From NCBI GenBank assembly GCA_041677125.1, contig JBAYQP010000005.1, positions 23,007 through 87,006 on the forward strand: a DNA stretch of 64,000 nucleotides, read 5' to 3'. The notes beneath the pieces are model-generated. The model was not told the origin of the DNA. It ran no database searches and saw only the letters and a list, made by a program, of their open reading frames with translations. The DNA comes from Desulfuromonadales bacterium. Lineage in GTDB: Bacteria; Desulfobacterota; Desulfuromonadia; Desulfuromonadales; JACZKF01. The stretch's first letter is position 1, and each line of letters starts with the position of its first letter. Both the position numbers and the translations under genes were made by a program. Below are positions 61,995-64,000 of the stretch, in pieces.

Positions 61995-62204
61995 ATGGGG
62001 TTTGCTGAAAGGCAGCGCATCTTAGAACATGGCTTCCCCCCTGTCAAGAGAAGGACGTCGTCGAAAAGCAGCCCCATTGACGCTCCGAAACTGGCGGCCG
62101 AGATTGCCAAATCGGTCATTTCATTCGACCCGACTGTCGTCGCAGCTTTTCTGGCGATTTATCGAAATTTCGCTGCGGAAGAGGGGGAAAGACTGGCGGG
62201 GTAA
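61995..62204 (+). pseudogene. Possible C-terminal remnant of an HD-GYP-type signalling protein (very tentative)
   Basis: '...AAEIAKSVISFDPTVVAAFLAIYRNF' resembles the usual HD-GYP C-terminus ('G.qFDP.vV.aFl'). There is no HD motif and no upstream domain. Confidence 0.25.
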
Positions 62205-62219
62205 GGATCCGTTCCGAAC

Positions 62220-64000
62220 TTATTTTTTTTGTTCTGTCCGACCCGTCTTTTCCGATCCCGGCCCAAGAAGCACTTTCCCCTCCTCCATCCTTCCGCAAGT
62301 CCGCAAGGCCTGCAGAACCTCCCGCCGATTTTCCGGCAGATGCCAGAGCAAAAGCGCTTTTTGCAGCCGTCGTTCCTGCGCGGAGCGGGGAACGTGGACC
62401 GGCTCACCGGTTAACGGATCGTGTCCGGTGAAATAGATGCAGGTGGCCAGCGTGCCGGGTGTGGGAGTGAACTCCTGCACCTGTTCCACCCGCAACCGAT
62501 GCCGATGAAGAAATAAAGCGGTCTCGACCATGTCGTCGAGAGTGGTTCCGGGGTGGGCGGCCATCAGATAGGGGACTACCGCCTGGCGTCGCTCAAGCAG
62601 CCGGCTTTGCGCCCGAAACCACTCAAGGAAGGCGGCAAAGACCGGAGCATCGGGCTTGCGCATGATTTTCGTTGCCCGTTCGCCGATCGCCTCCGGCGCC
62701 ACCTTGAGCAAACCGCCGACATGGTGTTTAAGAAGGGTTGCGAAATATTCCGGTTGCTGGTCGAGAAGATCGTAACGGATGCCGGAGGCGACGAAAACGT
62801 GGCGCACTCCCGGCCGCCGACGAATATGTTCCAGCAGGCGAACGGCGCGGGCATTGTCGGTCCGCAGATGCGGACAGGAACGGGGATGCAGGCAACTGCC
62901 CCGGCGGCAGGGATTGCCGGCCGGCTGCGGCCGACCGCAGGAAAGTCCGTACATGTTGGCGGTCGGACCGCCGACATCGGTGATGGTTCCGCGGAACCCC
63001 GGCCGCGCCGCCATGCGGTCTATCTCGGCCACGATGCTGTCTTCGGATCGCGATTGGATGTACTTGCCTTGATGCTGGGTAATGGCGCAAAAGGCGCAGC
63101 CGCCGAAACATCCACGGTGGGTGGTTACGGAAAAACGGATTTGTTCGAAGGCGGGCACCGGCTCCCGGTAGCCGGGGTGGGGCAGACGGGTGAAGGGCAG
63201 AGCGTACAGCCGGTCCAGGCCCTCTTCCGGCAGCGGCAACGCCGGCGGATTCACCACCACATGTCGATTGCCATGTTGCTGGGCAAGAGTTTTGCCGCAA
63301 AAAGGATCGGCCTCGGCGGCGGCCAGACGAAAAGCGGCGCCGAAGGCCTCCTGATCGGTTGCCACCTCTTCGAAAGAAGGAAGGCGGACGGCGGGTTCCG
63401 GCGGCGGCGCCAGATAGGCGGTGCCGCGAATGTCGCGCAGTGTGGCAACAGATTCGCCGGCGGCGGCGCGCCGGGCGATTTCCAGCAGCGGCGCCTCCCC
63501 CATGCCGAACACGAGAAGGTCCGCCTTGCTGTCGACCAGAATCGAGCGGCGAACGGCATCGTCCCAGTAGTCGTAATGCGCCAACCGGCGCAGACTCGCC
63601 TCGATGCCGCCGATGACCACCGGCAGACCTTTGAAGGCGCCCTTGACCGCCGCCGTATAGGCGATAACCGCGCGATTGGGGCGGGCGCCGGCTTTGCCGC
63701 CGGGGGTGTAGGCGTCGTTGCGGCGAATTTTGCGCGCCGCCGTATAGTGATTGACCATGGAGTCCATGGCCCCCGACGAAATGGCGGCAAAAAGGCGCGG
63801 GCGTCCCATGCCCCTCAATGCGTCCGGATGGCGCCAGTCGGGCTGGGCGAGAATTCCGACCCGATAGCCTTCGGCCTCCAGCAACCGGGCGAGCAGAGGG
63901 ACGCCGAAAGCGGGATGATCGATATAGGCGTCTCCGGAGACGAAAAGAACATCCAGTTCCGCCCAACCCCGCGCCGCCATTTCCGGACGGCAGGTGGGAA
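62220..64000 (-). CDS. ygiQ: YgiQ-family radical SAM protein (UPF0313), 5' end outside the window
   Basis: 'ARGWAELDVLFVSGDAYIDHPAFG', 'TTHRGCFGGCAFCAI' (CxxxCxxC variant) and 'SGIRYDL'. The frame remains open upstream of ATG63980 ('..PTCRPEMAARGW' matches the family N-terminus), so the start is beyond 64000. Confidence 0.85.
   Translation of the reverse strand, partial: PTCRPEMAARGWAELDVLFVSGDAYIDHPAFGVPLLARLLEAEGYRVGILAQPDWRHPDALRGMGRPRLFAAISSGAMDSMVNHYTAARKIRRNDAYTPGGKAGARPNRAVIAYTAAVKGAFKGLPVVIGGIEASLRRLAHYDYWDDAVRRSILVDSKADLLVFGMGEAPLLEIARRAAAGESVATLRDIRGTAYLAPPPEPAVRLPSFEEVATDQEAFGAAFRLAAAEADPFCGKTLAQQHGNRHVVVNPPALPLPEEGLDRLYALPFTRLPHPGYREPVPAFEQIRFSVTTHRGCFGGCAFCAITQHQGKYIQSRSEDSIVAEIDRMAARPGFRGTITDVGGPTANMYGLSCGRPQPAGNPCRRGSCLHPRSCPHLRTDNARAVRLLEHIRRRPGVRHVFVASGIRYDLLDQQPEYFATLLKHHVGGLLKVAPEAIGERATKIMRKPDAPVFAAFLEWFRAQSRLLERRQAVVPYLMAAHPGTTLDDMVETALFLHRHRLRVEQVQEFTPTPGTLATCIYFTGHDPLTGEPVHVPRSAQERRLQKALLLWHLPENRREVLQALRTCGRMEEGKVLLGPGSEKTGRTEQKK

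Overview
GC-rich chromosomal window that looks deltaproteobacterial (Desulfuromonadales-like; this is inference from gene content and order). No rRNA, CRISPR array, transposase or integrase was seen. Layout: (1) 1-6.8 kb, + strand: the end of a Tad/Flp pilus locus (tadC, TPR lipoprotein), two tandem outer-membrane beta-barrel paralogs, a Big_1 Ig-like lipoprotein, and a NarL-type histidine kinase/response regulator pair. (2) 7.1-28.97 kb, - strand: the standout feature. It is a 21.8-kb uninterrupted gene string: promoter, extra ispH, pfaD-like enoyl reductase, pfaA-like megasynthase (KS-AT-4xACP-KR-DH), pfaC-like megasynthase (KS-CLF-AT-DH-DH), oleA, oleB, oleC, oleD and an Sfp-type PPTase. 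Most junctions overlap or sit within 5 nt. This is an anaerobic PUFA-type synthase physically fused to a complete head-to-head olefin pathway. The string is bounded by the 3' side of tRNA-Val on one side and an antitoxin gene remnant on the other. (3) 29-44 kb: tRNA-Val; a B12 cofactor-handling trio (cobO, MCM B12-binding subunit, meaB) with no mutase catalytic subunit; a redox/stress gene set (ygbA-like, 4Fe-4S, HD, csbD, DUF1328, otsB, BON); a B12-radical SAM gene; an MBL-fold hydrolase; tRNA-Leu with a 140-bp tandem duplication; NUDIX; mqnA-family; tolC-family; rluD-like. (4) 44-64 kb: housekeeping genes, including a probable 6S RNA with its own promoter, then ihfB, sppA, rpsA, ispH, cmk, aroA, tyrA, pheA, an aminotransferase, recJ, TPR-secF-secD-yajC, tgt, queA, a frameshifted DUF2065 gene and a 5'-partial ygiQ. 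Many long ORFs in the supplied track are antisense shadow ORFs typical of GC-rich DNA, and I rejected them. All calls rest on reading the translations and the DNA. No database search was run.
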